Assembly: GCA_910578325.1 (NCBI GenBank)
Contig: CAJTQT010000002.1
Span: 10,498-74,497 of the forward strand
Reading direction: 5' to 3'
DNA from: an uncultured Christensenella sp.
Lineage (GTDB): Bacteria > Bacillota > Clostridia > Christensenellales > CAG-917
Length of the DNA stretch: 64,000 bases
Made by a program: the position numbers and the translations under genes. Below, piece by piece: positions 40,141 through 49,871 of this stretch. The notes beneath the pieces were generated by a model. The model was not told the origin of the DNA. It ran no database searches and saw nothing but the letters and a program-made list of their open reading frames with translations. Numbering within the stretch: position 1 is the first letter of the stretch; the number at the start of each line of letters is the position of its first letter.

Positions 40141-40170
40141 GGCAAAACGCAATAACCGTCAATAATAATC

Positions 40171-40294
40171 GGAGAAGAGATTGAACGCTTTCTCCGCAAA
40201 TCTTTTGGAGAAGTCGTTGGGTGTTTGGACGCCTTCTCTACAAATCTTTTGGAGAAGTCGTTGGACGTTTGGACGCCTTCTCCACAAATCTTTT
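40171..40294 (+). repeat. Tandem 44-nt repeats copying the tRNA-Ser 5' acceptor strand into hairpins
   Basis: Hairpins GGAGAAG...CTTCTCY at 40171-40195 (36-nt variant unit), 40207-40239 and 40251-40283. Each is followed by (G/A)CAAATCTTTT. The 20-mer CAAATCTTTTGGAGAAGTCG occurs three times, the last copy running into the tRNA-Ser gene. Confidence 0.85.
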
Positions 40295-40387
40295 GGAGAA
40301 GTCGCCTAGTTTGGTCGAGGGCGCGCGACTGGAAATCGCGTAACCGTCAAAAGCGGTTCAAGAGTTCGAATCTCTTCTTCTCCGCCA
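40295..40387 (+). tRNA. tRNA-Ser (anticodon GGA), CCA encoded
   Basis: Acceptor stem GGAGAAG/CTTCTCC, anticodon loop CUGGAAA, long variable arm AACCG-UCAAAAG-CGGUU, T-arm AAGAG-UUCGAAU-CUCUU, discriminator G plus CCA. Confidence 0.9.
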
Positions 40388-40391
40388 GTTT

Positions 40392-40419
40392 AAATGCCAC
40401 TGTTTAGTGGCATTTTTTT
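40392..40419 (+). terminator. tRNA-Ser terminator
   Basis: AAATGCCAC-TGTTTA-GTGGCATTT followed by TTTT. Confidence 0.8.
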
Positions 40420-41155
40420 ATAACAACAGAAAAAGTACATCAATCGACGTCCTTTTTCTGTTACAGTGAATAAAGAATAGGGTTATAAGAAAAGTAAAAG
40501 AACGCTCGATTCGGGCGTTCTTTTACAAAGTGTGTCCATTTTTTGAGTGAGTTACGAACTCGGTATTAGTATGGACGCGATTATACTGTATTGTCAACAA
40601 AGAAAAAAAGGATATCCAAAGATATCCCTTTTAGCAACCGCTACTGATAGAAAAACAAGGAAGCAAAAACTCAACGGTAACTTGTATCGCAATATTACAC
40701 TGCGAACGGAAGAAAATCAACAGGTTTTGGCAAGATTTTTTCGTTTCGACAAAAGTAGTCAAAATTCGATGCGTCAGCAATTCGATTTTAACTCGTAATA
40801 ATGCTCTATTAACCAATCCTATAAGAAAATATAAAGACAAACGCAAATATATGTAAGGGAATATAAGAAACGCATCACAGCGTTATATATTATTTAGAAT
40901 AGACAGTTATAGACAAAATTCGACAAGATGTAATTTAACGAATATAAGAGACGATTAGATGTGCTATTTTACTGCCTTAACATATAATCAGGCGGTTACG
41001 TATCCGAGTCGGAGAGCAAGTTTAATTATGGAATCAAAGCGAGTCTCGTGCTTATATCATCGGTTGTCCTGTTGCTGTTGAATAGATTGCGAATAATATT
41101 ATATTTTACTTTTGCTTATAAATTATGAAATTTAACTTTATATGTAAATTAGGTA

Positions 41156-41184
41156 TTGAAATATGTCGCATTTGGTCTTATAAT
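41156..41184 (+). promoter_or_regulatory. Promoter of the two-component system operon
   Basis: TTGAAA (41156-41161) - 17 nt - TATAAT (41179-41184). Confidence 0.55.
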
Positions 41185-41259
41185 ATGAAAGATAAATTTA
41201 ATAATGATGCAATACACAGTTAATTTGAGTGTTGCGTACAAGTAAGAGGTTAAGGGATT

Positions 41260-41931
41260 ATGAGATTGCTTGTAGTGGAAGACGACGAAAAGTTGGCTAA
41301 GATTCTTTCCGTTGCGCTGTCGTCGGTAGGCGACGTCGACATCGCTTATACGGGTGAGAAGGCGTTGCAGTACGTTGAAAAGACGTATTACGATTTGGTT
41401 TTGCTGGACCTTATGCTCGGAAAACTCTCGGGAATGGAGGTTTTGCGCGAGATACGCAGAATGCATATTATGCCTGTAATTATACTTTCCGCGCTCAGCG
41501 ACGTGGATAAGAAGATTGAATGCTTTAAACTGGGCGCCGACGATTATATGACGAAGCCGTTTTCGCGGGAAGAGTTGATAGTCAGAATAGAGGCGGCGCT
41601 GAGAAGAGCGGGAGGTTCTTACAGCAGTACCGATTATAAGTTTGAAAATCTTGAAGTCAACTACGTAAACAAAATGCTGAAAATAGACGGAAACTACGTG
41701 GAAATGAACAGAAAGACGTACGAAATTCTGGAATTGCTTGTCCGTAACAAAGATATTATTATGACAAAGCAGCAAATTTTCGACAGAATCTGGGGATACT
41801 ATTCTACGACGGGCACGCAGGTTATTGAGATAAATATATTCAGATTGCGCAAGATATTGCAGCCGTACGGATTCGATAAAAATCTCAAAACCGTAAAAGC
41901 CACGGGATATATGTGGACGGAGAAAGTATGA
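41260..41931 (+). CDS. OmpR-family response regulator
   Basis: Receiver domain MRLLVVEDDEKL...DLVLLDLML (phospho-acceptor Asp) and a C-terminal winged-helix domain. Confidence 0.9.
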   Translation: MRLLVVEDDEKLAKILSVALSSVGDVDIAYTGEKALQYVEKTYYDLVLLDLMLGKLSGMEVLREIRRMHIMPVIILSALSDVDKKIECFKLGADDYMTKPFSREELIVRIEAALRRAGGSYSSTDYKFENLEVNYVNKMLKIDGNYVEMNRKTYEILELLVRNKDIIMTKQQIFDRIWGYYSTTGTQVIEINIFRLRKILQPYGFDKNLKTVKATGYMWTEKV

Positions 41932-43175
41932 GCGCATTTAAAATCGACAAAGATATACGCAGATTGCTTATAACGTATACGCTGGTGAATATGCTGTTGT
42001 TGCTGATAATTTTCGGCGCGCTTCTCGGCGGATATGTTGCGGTAACCGCAAAAGCGGGAGAGAAAGCGGTTCAGAACGATGCAGGTGCATATGCTTCCGT
42101 ACTGAAACAGTATACTCTTGACGAGATTTTGAAGATGTGTAAAGGAGACGCCGTGAGCGTGGAATTGGGCAATCCGTCGTATATGTTCGGCGTATACAGT
42201 ATGCGCGGAGACAATACGTATGAGTTTCATTCCAAATTTAGTTTTTTAAATGTCAACGAACCGAAAATCGGAGGAAAAAGCGATACCTTTGAAAGGCAGA
42301 GTATAGGCGGTTACGAGTTTGTCACGTATACCACTCCAGTTAAAGACAGCGCAGGCGCATATATAAAAGTTTTTGCGCCCGTCGATTTTTTGACAGAGTC
42401 GGAAAGAATGGTCAAAATTTACAGTATTCCTTTTGTCATCGCGTTTGTCGTGCTATGCGCGGTGGTGTCGTTGCTTTTGGGGTTTATAGAGATTCGTCCT
42501 ATTGCGGAAAACTATTATAAGCAGAAAAACTTTATCAACGATATGTCGCACGAGATTCGCACTCCGTTGGCGATAATAAAGGGAAATCTTGAAAACATAA
42601 AACAGTTTCCCGATTCTAAGATTTCGCAGGTGGGCGACAGCATAGCGGAGTGTTTGGGTGAAGTCGACTATATGAGCAATATGTCGTCGGGACTTTTAAG
42701 CATTGTACGGGGCGGAAATAAATCGGTAAAGAGGGAAACTCTTCTTAGCGAAGCGGTTTCGGAGGCGGTGGAAAATGCCGCTGATTTGGCAAGTATGAGC
42801 AATAAGTCGCTAATTGCGTGCATAGATAACTGCGATATTGCCGTTGATAAAGAAAAAATCAAACAACTGATGGACGTTCTTATCGAGAACTCTCTCAAAT
42901 ATACCGACGAGGGCGACAGAATCGACGTCAAACTGAAAAATACGAAAGAGGGTTGCGCACTGATTATTTCCGATACGGGAATCGGAGTGGCAAAAAACGA
43001 GTTGGAACTTATATTCGACAGATTTTACAGAGGTGAGAACGTCGGCGATAAACAGGGTACGGGACTCGGGCTTGCCATTGCGAAGACGGTTGTTGAGAGT
43101 ATGAACGGTACGATAAAAGCGATGCACAACGTTCCGAAAGGGCTTGAAATTGTCGTTACTCTCAAGAGAGGCTGA
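41928..43175 (+). CDS. Sensor histidine kinase (two TM segments, ~130-aa extracytoplasmic loop)
   Basis: ORF track 41913..43175. Start moved to ATG 41928 (ATGA overlap with the RR stop, GGAGAAAG RBS). H-box NDMSHEIRTPLAII, N-box LIENSLKYT, G-boxes DTGIGV and GTGLGLAI. Confidence 0.9.
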   Translation: MSAFKIDKDIRRLLITYTLVNMLLLLIIFGALLGGYVAVTAKAGEKAVQNDAGAYASVLKQYTLDEILKMCKGDAVSVELGNPSYMFGVYSMRGDNTYEFHSKFSFLNVNEPKIGGKSDTFERQSIGGYEFVTYTTPVKDSAGAYIKVFAPVDFLTESERMVKIYSIPFVIAFVVLCAVVSLLLGFIEIRPIAENYYKQKNFINDMSHEIRTPLAIIKGNLENIKQFPDSKISQVGDSIAECLGEVDYMSNMSSGLLSIVRGGNKSVKRETLLSEAVSEAVENAADLASMSNKSLIACIDNCDIAVDKEKIKQLMDVLIENSLKYTDEGDRIDVKLKNTKEGCALIISDTGIGVAKNELELIFDRFYRGENVGDKQGTGLGLAIAKTVVESMNGTIKAMHNVPKGLEIVVTLKRG

Positions 43176-43177
43176 TT

Positions 43178-46165
43178 ATGAGAAAAAAATCGGCGTTCTT
43201 ATTGACGGTTGTCGTTATACTTCTGGTAGCCAGCCTGTTTTGTGCCTGCAACGGCAACGATATACAGCCCGGTGTTCCTATAAGTTGGGAAAATTATCTT
43301 TCCGAACTTGCCGACACTGTGGCTGACGGGTTGGAATCCTGCGGTCAGATTATTGCATTCAGTTTTTCGGGGAACGCTTTGTTCGGGGAAAAATATTTTG
43401 AAATAATTTTGAAAGGCAATATCGATCTTTCAGATATGAACGGCGATAATGTCGCGTTGATTGTAAGCGATTCCGACGGGAAAACTAAGTTTTCGGTCTT
43501 GTCTGACAATAACGATACTTATATAGAGATAGCGCCGAACCCTTATGTGTCCAACGCTAAACTTAAATTACAACAAACTTTTATATTCGGGTTGCTGAGC
43601 GGCGTTTATAATCAGGATGACGGCGTTGACTTTCACGAAAAAGTCAAGCGGGGAATAATTACGTTCGGACGCAGTTTTTTTGAAAGCGCCGACGTGAACG
43701 AAGATAAGTCAAAATACTCATTTGGCATAAATGGAGAACTTTTAGGTAAACGAATGTTTGAATTTTTTACCGCGCTTTCTTTTGCGGACAAAGAAATTAC
43801 AAACGTTGTACTCGGCATATTCGGAATCAAAAACATCGATGAGTTGTTGTCTAATTTTGACAACGTGGACGGAGATGTGGAATTTTATATAGAAGACGGC
43901 AGGCTTAGCAGAGTTGAAATCGGAGATGCTATAGTCGGAGATATGGGAAAGTCTAATCTCGCTCTGGATATTTCAGTAAGCGGAGAATATGACGCGAGCG
44001 TGGATGAACTGTTTCCGAAATCGGACGACGGTTATAAAGTCACGAAAGTAGGCAGCACCACTATGGACGGCACGGTTTCTATGATATCATCCGTCGGTAA
44101 TAAATACGCGGTCAAATACGGAATGACATTGAATACGGATATAGATTTGTTTGCGCTTGCACTGAGCGGGTTTAATCTCGACGTTTTGAGCGAAGACAAC
44201 TTTTTCCATTTCAGATTGTCGCACAAATGTACTGCTTCCTGTACCGAATACTGCAAGAGCAGAATGTCTTCTGCAAAGGGCGCGGTTGTGGATATAGCGT
44301 TTTCTCCGTCGCACTTCGGCACCCACAACATTTATATCAGTCTAAATATAAAATCGCTTATGAGCAGGGAATATGTCGATGGAATTACAAAATACGTCAA
44401 AAGCATAACGGCATCATCGTTGCCCGATTACTGTATGTTGGTCGTGCCTGCTTCAAAACTCAAAGAAGACGGTGTGTTTTTGAAACTGCTTTACGACACG
44501 TATATCAAGATGATGAATATCGGAGTGGGAGAGACGGATACCGTCGACTTAAACCGTATAAGAGAGGAGTTCTCGGACAATAAGTTGGCAGAAACCATAC
44601 TCGGCGATATGCTCGGAAGCGAAGAGTACGATATAGATATCCTCAAAATCAGAGTGAACAAAAACGTTTACGGACAGGCTTACGATTACGATATCTATAA
44701 AGAAACGGTTTATTTAATCGATACAGAAGTATCAGGTGTGAAGTCGTACAAGACTCCGCTGGGAAAAGATTATACCGCCTATCGCTGGGAATACGAAGGG
44801 CGTAAGGCTGCAAAAGACGGAGTCAGGACGTACAGTCTGAACAATATATATGATTTGTCCGGTAATAATCTTCTTCACGGAGCGGACGCAGACGGCAATT
44901 ATGTGCCTATGAGCGACATCGAAGCAAAAGAACTTGTCGGTTGTTCGCTGAAACTTGATTACGCGGGTTATGACGGGATAAATAAAACTGCCTTCGGTGA
45001 AATTATGGCGGCGGATGGGATAGACTATCAGAACTTCGACGTTCAGGAAATTACGTTGCGAGTAAAGTATCCCAGTATATTCGACTATACTTTTGAATTC
45101 GGAGATATAACAGAAAAAGTTATGGAAGGCTTTTTCCGTTGCGGAAACGACGAATTTACGCAAACCGTAAAAGTCAATATAAAACTTACAAAGGAAATAG
45201 AGAACGCGTTCGAGTTTAAATCCGCGGATACCGATAAGGTATATATGCTGACATATATGTCGTCCGCGCCCGAACTGCTCAGCGCATCGGCGTTTATACA
45301 TTACGAAAACGGCGCGGTTAAAGAAATAAGCGCGTTGGGAGTTTCCGATTCGGTGTTGGAAACGAGAGGCATTTTAACAAGATACAGTATTGTCGACTGG
45401 GGACGCATAACGGTAAAGTTCCGTGTTGCGGGAAGAACGGTCGACAGATACTTCAATATACGTAAGCCTGATTCTTTCGAGTTTACGACGCGCGAGTATA
45501 CGGAAAAACTGGGCGAAAGTTGTTATATAGATAACTACGTCACAGTAAGAGCGGTTTATGACGGTCAAAAAGTGACTCTTAAACTGTCGTTAAAGGATTT
45601 CTATATAAACGGTCTCAGCCTCAACGACGATTCTGCCGATTGGGACCATTATACAAGTTATACCAACAGATACGTTGTTTTCTACAAATCGGGAGACTAT
45701 AACGTGCAGGTGAAAAAACTCGGAGTAGTTTTCGGGGATTATTTGTTGCATATAACGAATAAGTTGGAATCCACGCCGACGTACAAATTCGATACTCAGT
45801 CCGAACTGCCGTCGGTGGTTTTCCCGAACGTGAAAATAAATATAAACGGAAGTATAGTAAATAAAACGCACGGCGATGGAGAGGGCGGTATTCACACTGT
45901 TGAAGTCAAGGTGGAGGAATACGTGGTTTCGGGAACAATGATTCTATATGCCGACGCGGATAAAAACGACTACTCTCTGCAATTAAAGATAGCGTCAGAA
46001 ACAGTCGATCCGGACAGTAAAACGGAAGTTTTTTTGCCCGCTCTTGTTATTAACCCTGTAAACTTGCAGATGAGTCTGATTTTCAATAAAGCGGGAACTT
46101 ACAGACTGTCGGTACGGCTTGACAGGACGACAGTTTATACAGCAACGATAACGGTAATCGTATAG
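43178..46165 (+). CDS. Large hypothetical lipoprotein (995 aa)
   Basis: Signal peptide plus lipobox LFCAC. Starts 2 nt after the HK stop. No domain recognised by eye. Confidence 0.8.
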   Translation: MRKKSAFLLTVVVILLVASLFCACNGNDIQPGVPISWENYLSELADTVADGLESCGQIIAFSFSGNALFGEKYFEIILKGNIDLSDMNGDNVALIVSDSDGKTKFSVLSDNNDTYIEIAPNPYVSNAKLKLQQTFIFGLLSGVYNQDDGVDFHEKVKRGIITFGRSFFESADVNEDKSKYSFGINGELLGKRMFEFFTALSFADKEITNVVLGIFGIKNIDELLSNFDNVDGDVEFYIEDGRLSRVEIGDAIVGDMGKSNLALDISVSGEYDASVDELFPKSDDGYKVTKVGSTTMDGTVSMISSVGNKYAVKYGMTLNTDIDLFALALSGFNLDVLSEDNFFHFRLSHKCTASCTEYCKSRMSSAKGAVVDIAFSPSHFGTHNIYISLNIKSLMSREYVDGITKYVKSITASSLPDYCMLVVPASKLKEDGVFLKLLYDTYIKMMNIGVGETDTVDLNRIREEFSDNKLAETILGDMLGSEEYDIDILKIRVNKNVYGQAYDYDIYKETVYLIDTEVSGVKSYKTPLGKDYTAYRWEYEGRKAAKDGVRTYSLNNIYDLSGNNLLHGADADGNYVPMSDIEAKELVGCSLKLDYAGYDGINKTAFGEIMAADGIDYQNFDVQEITLRVKYPSIFDYTFEFGDITEKVMEGFFRCGNDEFTQTVKVNIKLTKEIENAFEFKSADTDKVYMLTYMSSAPELLSASAFIHYENGAVKEISALGVSDSVLETRGILTRYSIVDWGRITVKFRVAGRTVDRYFNIRKPDSFEFTTREYTEKLGESCYIDNYVTVRAVYDGQKVTLKLSLKDFYINGLSLNDDSADWDHYTSYTNRYVVFYKSGDYNVQVKKLGVVFGDYLLHITNKLESTPTYKFDTQSELPSVVFPNVKININGSIVNKTHGDGEGGIHTVEVKVEEYVVSGTMILYADADKNDYSLQLKIASETVDPDSKTEVFLPALVINPVNLQMSLIFNKAGTYRLSVRLDRTTVYTATITVIV

Positions 46166-46186
46166 TTTAGTTTTAGTCGGTGTTTT

Positions 46187-46220
46187 GAGCGCAACGCGAT
46201 ATAAGCGTTGCGCTCTTTTT
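46187..46220 (+). terminator. Terminator of the RR-HK-lipoprotein operon
   Basis: 11-bp stem GAGCGCAACGC / GCGTTGCGCTC followed by TTTTT. Confidence 0.85.
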
Positions 46221-46434
46221 GTTATATTATCATTAAATAAATTTTAAACATTTAAAGCCGAATTTATCTTAATAATAAGAATTGTCAGAAAAAAGAGGTA
46301 AAATTTTCGATATTTTTATACAAAAACCCGAAATTTAATTTTAATTTAATTTGTTTGATATGTTTTTGCAATACTATGATATTGTCAGAATAGGAGAACT
46401 ATATTCTGCACATAAAAATTATGGGGGCATATTT

Positions 46435-49400
46435 ATGAAAAAACATTCTTTTAAACTTATGCTGATTGCGCTTATCGTAGTCATCTGTTTGGGAACTGTT
46501 GTTTTGGCGGCGTGCAATCCGGATACTCCTTCGGGCTCAACCGATTACAGCAAACCCACTGGCACTATGTTAAACGAAATAGTCGGCAAAATCACATCGA
46601 GTATGAGTTTCGGAGAGAGTTTCGGCGTCGATGTCAGCGCGGCTTTTGCTATCGATGACAAAACGGCGGCAAACAAAGACGTCACTTACAGACTCACGGT
46701 CAAAGGAAATGCGGACGGCAGGGCGGACGCAGCCGAAGACGCGACGAATTTCGTTATCGATTTGGTTGAACAGAAAGGCGAAACAAAAAACAGCCTGCTC
46801 AGCATTGCTTACGAGGCTATCGAGGACGAACCGTTTTTCTTTGTCAGCATACTCGGAAGCGATTATAAGAAAATCAACGGATATTCTCTTGCGTCTCTTT
46901 ATAAGATGACTCAAAAGGGCAACGCAACTTCCGCAGCGGAAGACGATCTGGACATCGGTCTTGTAATCGATGCCATTATTCCTATTCTCTTTGGCGAAGA
47001 CGGCACTGTTAAAGATAACGTTTACACCTTGGATTTCGATTTCGGAAAGACGGTTGCGGGCATTGTTGAAAACAAGAACGCAATTCTAACTGTCCTCGGA
47101 ATGACGAGCGAGCAACTCGACGCGCTTGTCGCACAGTATCTCGGAAACCTCAGTTATGAGCAGAACGGAGAAACTATAAACGTAAGCGACGTAGATACTC
47201 TCAAAGCGTTTTTGCAGAGAACTTACGGCATCAAGGGCAAGATAGAATTTAAATTTGACGCAAACGATAAATTCGTAAGCGCGAACGCAAGTTTCGATTA
47301 TAAGAATAAAGGCGAAGACAAAGCAAATTATACGCTTTCTATTGAAAAAGCGGAAATCGGCACAGTTACGACTCCCGTTGACGCCTTCAAAGATTTCGCA
47401 ATGTCATCGTCCGAGCGTAAGAATGCTCAGGCGGTTAATGCACTCAATTTCTCACTCAAAGGCAATGCTACGGGTTATAATGCAGACGGAGAGCCTATTC
47501 ACAATTATACTATCGAAGTTCAATCCGATATCGACGCATTCGAACTGATAGGACTGCTTAACGGTACGAATAAAGAAAATATTGTAGCGACGCTTAAAAA
47601 ACTCGGATATTTTCATCTTGAAATAAACGAGGTGTTTGAAGATAAAGAACCACTCAACATCATTATGCTTCACAGCAAGTTCGAAGAGGGTTTTGCAGTC
47701 GTCAATTTGAATGCATATAAAGCAATTTTATACAATGTAGGACTCGGCGGAGTGTATGATTTCGATACTCTAATCGACGTTATCGGAATGATCGGCGAGG
47801 GCGGAGAGGACGAGAATCCCGAAGAATCCGCAAGCATAATCGACACTCTTAAAAATGTCATAACAAGCGTAAAGGATGTGCTGGGATACTTCACGTTTGA
47901 AAATATGAAGGAAGACGGCGTAACCGTTGCGCTCAACGACCTTGTGTATAAGATTTGCGATATGGCAGGACTTGACACAAGCGGTCTTGTCGGCTCCGCG
48001 ATAGGTGCTATTGTCGGTTGCGACAAAATGAATATAAAACTTCAAACTCCGACCTTCGGCACTTGCGAGACAGTTGAAACGTCCACAATAAAGGGCGGAA
48101 TCAGAGAAACGTCTAATCTTAATAACAATAAAGTCGGCGAATACGACTTATCGGCGTCACGTTACAGCCTCATCAAATCAATCAAATCCATTGACGGACT
48201 GAGTGTAAAATTATTGCAGGGCGAAAGCAATCTGGCAAGATTCTTCAAGGGCTATGTTGCTTATGACAAGGTTATTCTTATGACAGGCGTCGACCTTGCA
48301 GACAACGAAATTCAAACAAGCGGCTTTATTATGGCAGTGAAAGGACTTGACGTCACTAAACCCGGAAAGCAAAAAGTTACTTTCTATATCGCAATAGCGA
48401 ACGACCTGCTTTCTCTCAATTCGTTCTTTACACTTGACGACCTGCTTCCGCTTTCGGGTACTATTAAGTTTGAAACCGAAATAGAAGTTGTTCCATTTGA
48501 TAAGACTGCAGAAGTCACTGTTTCTAATCTCAAGGCAGAAGAACAAACTGTTCTTGCAGGAGGGAAGAAAGCCTTCGACGTCATCAGAGAGAAGACTTAC
48601 GGCGCGGATACGATTATGACAATCGCGGGCATCGGCGAATTCAAGATGACCGATAGCGACGTCAGAGTGATTGACGAGGACGGCAAAGACGTTACAGCAG
48701 ATGTTGTAAACGAAAGCGGTTATATAACAGTTGCAGGTACCTACAGCACTAAACTTTTGTTTGCCGGTTATGAAACGAACTGCTGCACGATTAAAGTAGA
48801 AGACGCTATTGCCGAACGTGTTGACGGCAAGACCGAACAGGAGAGCATATCGCTCGGAGGCACGTGGAACTTCGGCGAGTACAAAGCATACGCTGTGGCA
48901 GCCGACGGCACTAAGACGGAATCTTCCGTTGCCGCGCAATACAGAATGGGCGGTACGACTCTTAAATCGCTCGATGAGGTATTCGATATCGAAAACGGCG
49001 TCTACACACTCAAAAAGGATTTGAGTTTTGTCGGCAAGAACTTTACCGTCAGATTCAATAACGTCGTGACCGAAAGCGGATTAAAAAAGACCGTAGACGT
49101 AAATATTCCTGTCGTATCCGATTATTCGGTGAGTACGCTCGGCAGTATGTATTTCGGTATGTCTATAAGCAACAAACTTGTTTTGACGGTTGGTGAGACA
49201 GAGTTCAATATCGTGCTTAAAGACGGTAACTGGGTTGCCGTTGACAAAGACGGAACGACTAAAAATGTTGAACTTACTTTCGAATGGGATAAGAGTAAGA
49301 CTGCGGTAGAATTTTCGGCAGACGGATTTATCAATAACTATCCCAACGAAAACAAATCCGGATACCGCAGCAATAAAATCAATTACAGTCTCAAGGTTGA

Positions 49401-49755
49401 CGGATACTATCTTAACGCATCCTTTACCGCTTATGAAATGTACGCGATAAACAAGTCCTCGGCAAAAGTCGGTAATAAACTTGACGGATATATTGAAAAA
49501 GTCGACGTTATGGAGTATGCCGTGGACGGCGAGTCCCGAGTTCTTGAATTCAAATACGGCCCCGAAGGTTATGCAATTTATGTAAAAGGCACCGATACCA
49601 AAGTGTATGACGTTACTGTCACGGTGGAGTTGGGCGGCGCCGAAGTCGAACTTGTAGACGGCGCATTTACAGAGACAGGTAAGTACAAAGTGACTTACAG
49701 TGCGACAATAAACGGTGTCGAACAGACGTTCTTCCACGACGTAACCGTTAAATAA
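46435..49755 (+). CDS. Large hypothetical lipoprotein (1106 aa)
   Basis: ORF track 46351..49755. Start moved to MKKHSFKLMLIALIVVICLGTVVLAAC (ATG 46435), giving a signal peptide plus lipobox LAAC. The C-terminal half is beta-rich. No domain recognised. Confidence 0.8.
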   Translation: MKKHSFKLMLIALIVVICLGTVVLAACNPDTPSGSTDYSKPTGTMLNEIVGKITSSMSFGESFGVDVSAAFAIDDKTAANKDVTYRLTVKGNADGRADAAEDATNFVIDLVEQKGETKNSLLSIAYEAIEDEPFFFVSILGSDYKKINGYSLASLYKMTQKGNATSAAEDDLDIGLVIDAIIPILFGEDGTVKDNVYTLDFDFGKTVAGIVENKNAILTVLGMTSEQLDALVAQYLGNLSYEQNGETINVSDVDTLKAFLQRTYGIKGKIEFKFDANDKFVSANASFDYKNKGEDKANYTLSIEKAEIGTVTTPVDAFKDFAMSSSERKNAQAVNALNFSLKGNATGYNADGEPIHNYTIEVQSDIDAFELIGLLNGTNKENIVATLKKLGYFHLEINEVFEDKEPLNIIMLHSKFEEGFAVVNLNAYKAILYNVGLGGVYDFDTLIDVIGMIGEGGEDENPEESASIIDTLKNVITSVKDVLGYFTFENMKEDGVTVALNDLVYKICDMAGLDTSGLVGSAIGAIVGCDKMNIKLQTPTFGTCETVETSTIKGGIRETSNLNNNKVGEYDLSASRYSLIKSIKSIDGLSVKLLQGESNLARFFKGYVAYDKVILMTGVDLADNEIQTSGFIMAVKGLDVTKPGKQKVTFYIAIANDLLSLNSFFTLDDLLPLSGTIKFETEIEVVPFDKTAEVTVSNLKAEEQTVLAGGKKAFDVIREKTYGADTIMTIAGIGEFKMTDSDVRVIDEDGKDVTADVVNESGYITVAGTYSTKLLFAGYETNCCTIKVEDAIAERVDGKTEQESISLGGTWNFGEYKAYAVAADGTKTESSVAAQYRMGGTTLKSLDEVFDIENGVYTLKKDLSFVGKNFTVRFNNVVTESGLKKTVDVNIPVVSDYSVSTLGSMYFGMSISNKLVLTVGETEFNIVLKDGNWVAVDKDGTTKNVELTFEWDKSKTAVEFSADGFINNYPNENKSGYRSNKINYSLKVDGYYLNASFTAYEMYAINKSSAKVGNKLDGYIEKVDVMEYAVDGESRVLEFKYGPEGYAIYVKGTDTKVYDVTVTVELGGAEVELVDGAFTETGKYKVTYSATINGVEQTFFHDVTVK

Positions 49756-49871
49756 GTATAAATTTTGGAGGGATAATGCGCTTGCAATACCGGTCTCTTG
49801 CCCGAATTGCTTTGATATGCAGGCGATTATTCCTCCGAAAAGTTAATCTATACGAATTATAGGGGTATAAA

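Noticed and set aside
40171-40294. Whether the regularly spaced repeats could be a small CRISPR array.
   Set aside because: The units are contiguous 44-nt tandem repeats with no unique spacers. They share sequence with the adjacent tRNA, and there are no cas genes in the window.
40225-40407. 60-aa ORF spanning the 44-nt repeats and tRNA-Ser.
   Set aside because: It is entirely explained by the tRNA gene and its upstream repeats. It has no RBS.
40547-40798. 83-aa ORF in the AT-rich gap downstream of tRNA-Ser.
   Set aside because: It has no RBS and a non-ATG start. It contains a terminator-like hairpin (40603-40632), and its composition looks non-coding. At most it is a pseudogene fragment.
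46253-46263. TTAAACATTTA upstream of the second lipoprotein gene, resembling part of the 24-bp inverted repeat at 52320.
   Set aside because: It is an 11-nt AT-rich partial match with no inverted partner nearby, so it is likely chance.
16921-46434. N-terminal extensions of track ORFs for plsX (16921), rnc (17957), rho (38259), the prs-like gene (36288), the second lipoprotein (46351), the HK (41913), hypA (63283) and others.
   Set aside because: Internal ATG codons with good RBSs reproduce the conserved family N-termini or signal peptides and remove overlaps with upstream genes. The extensions are treated as non-coding.
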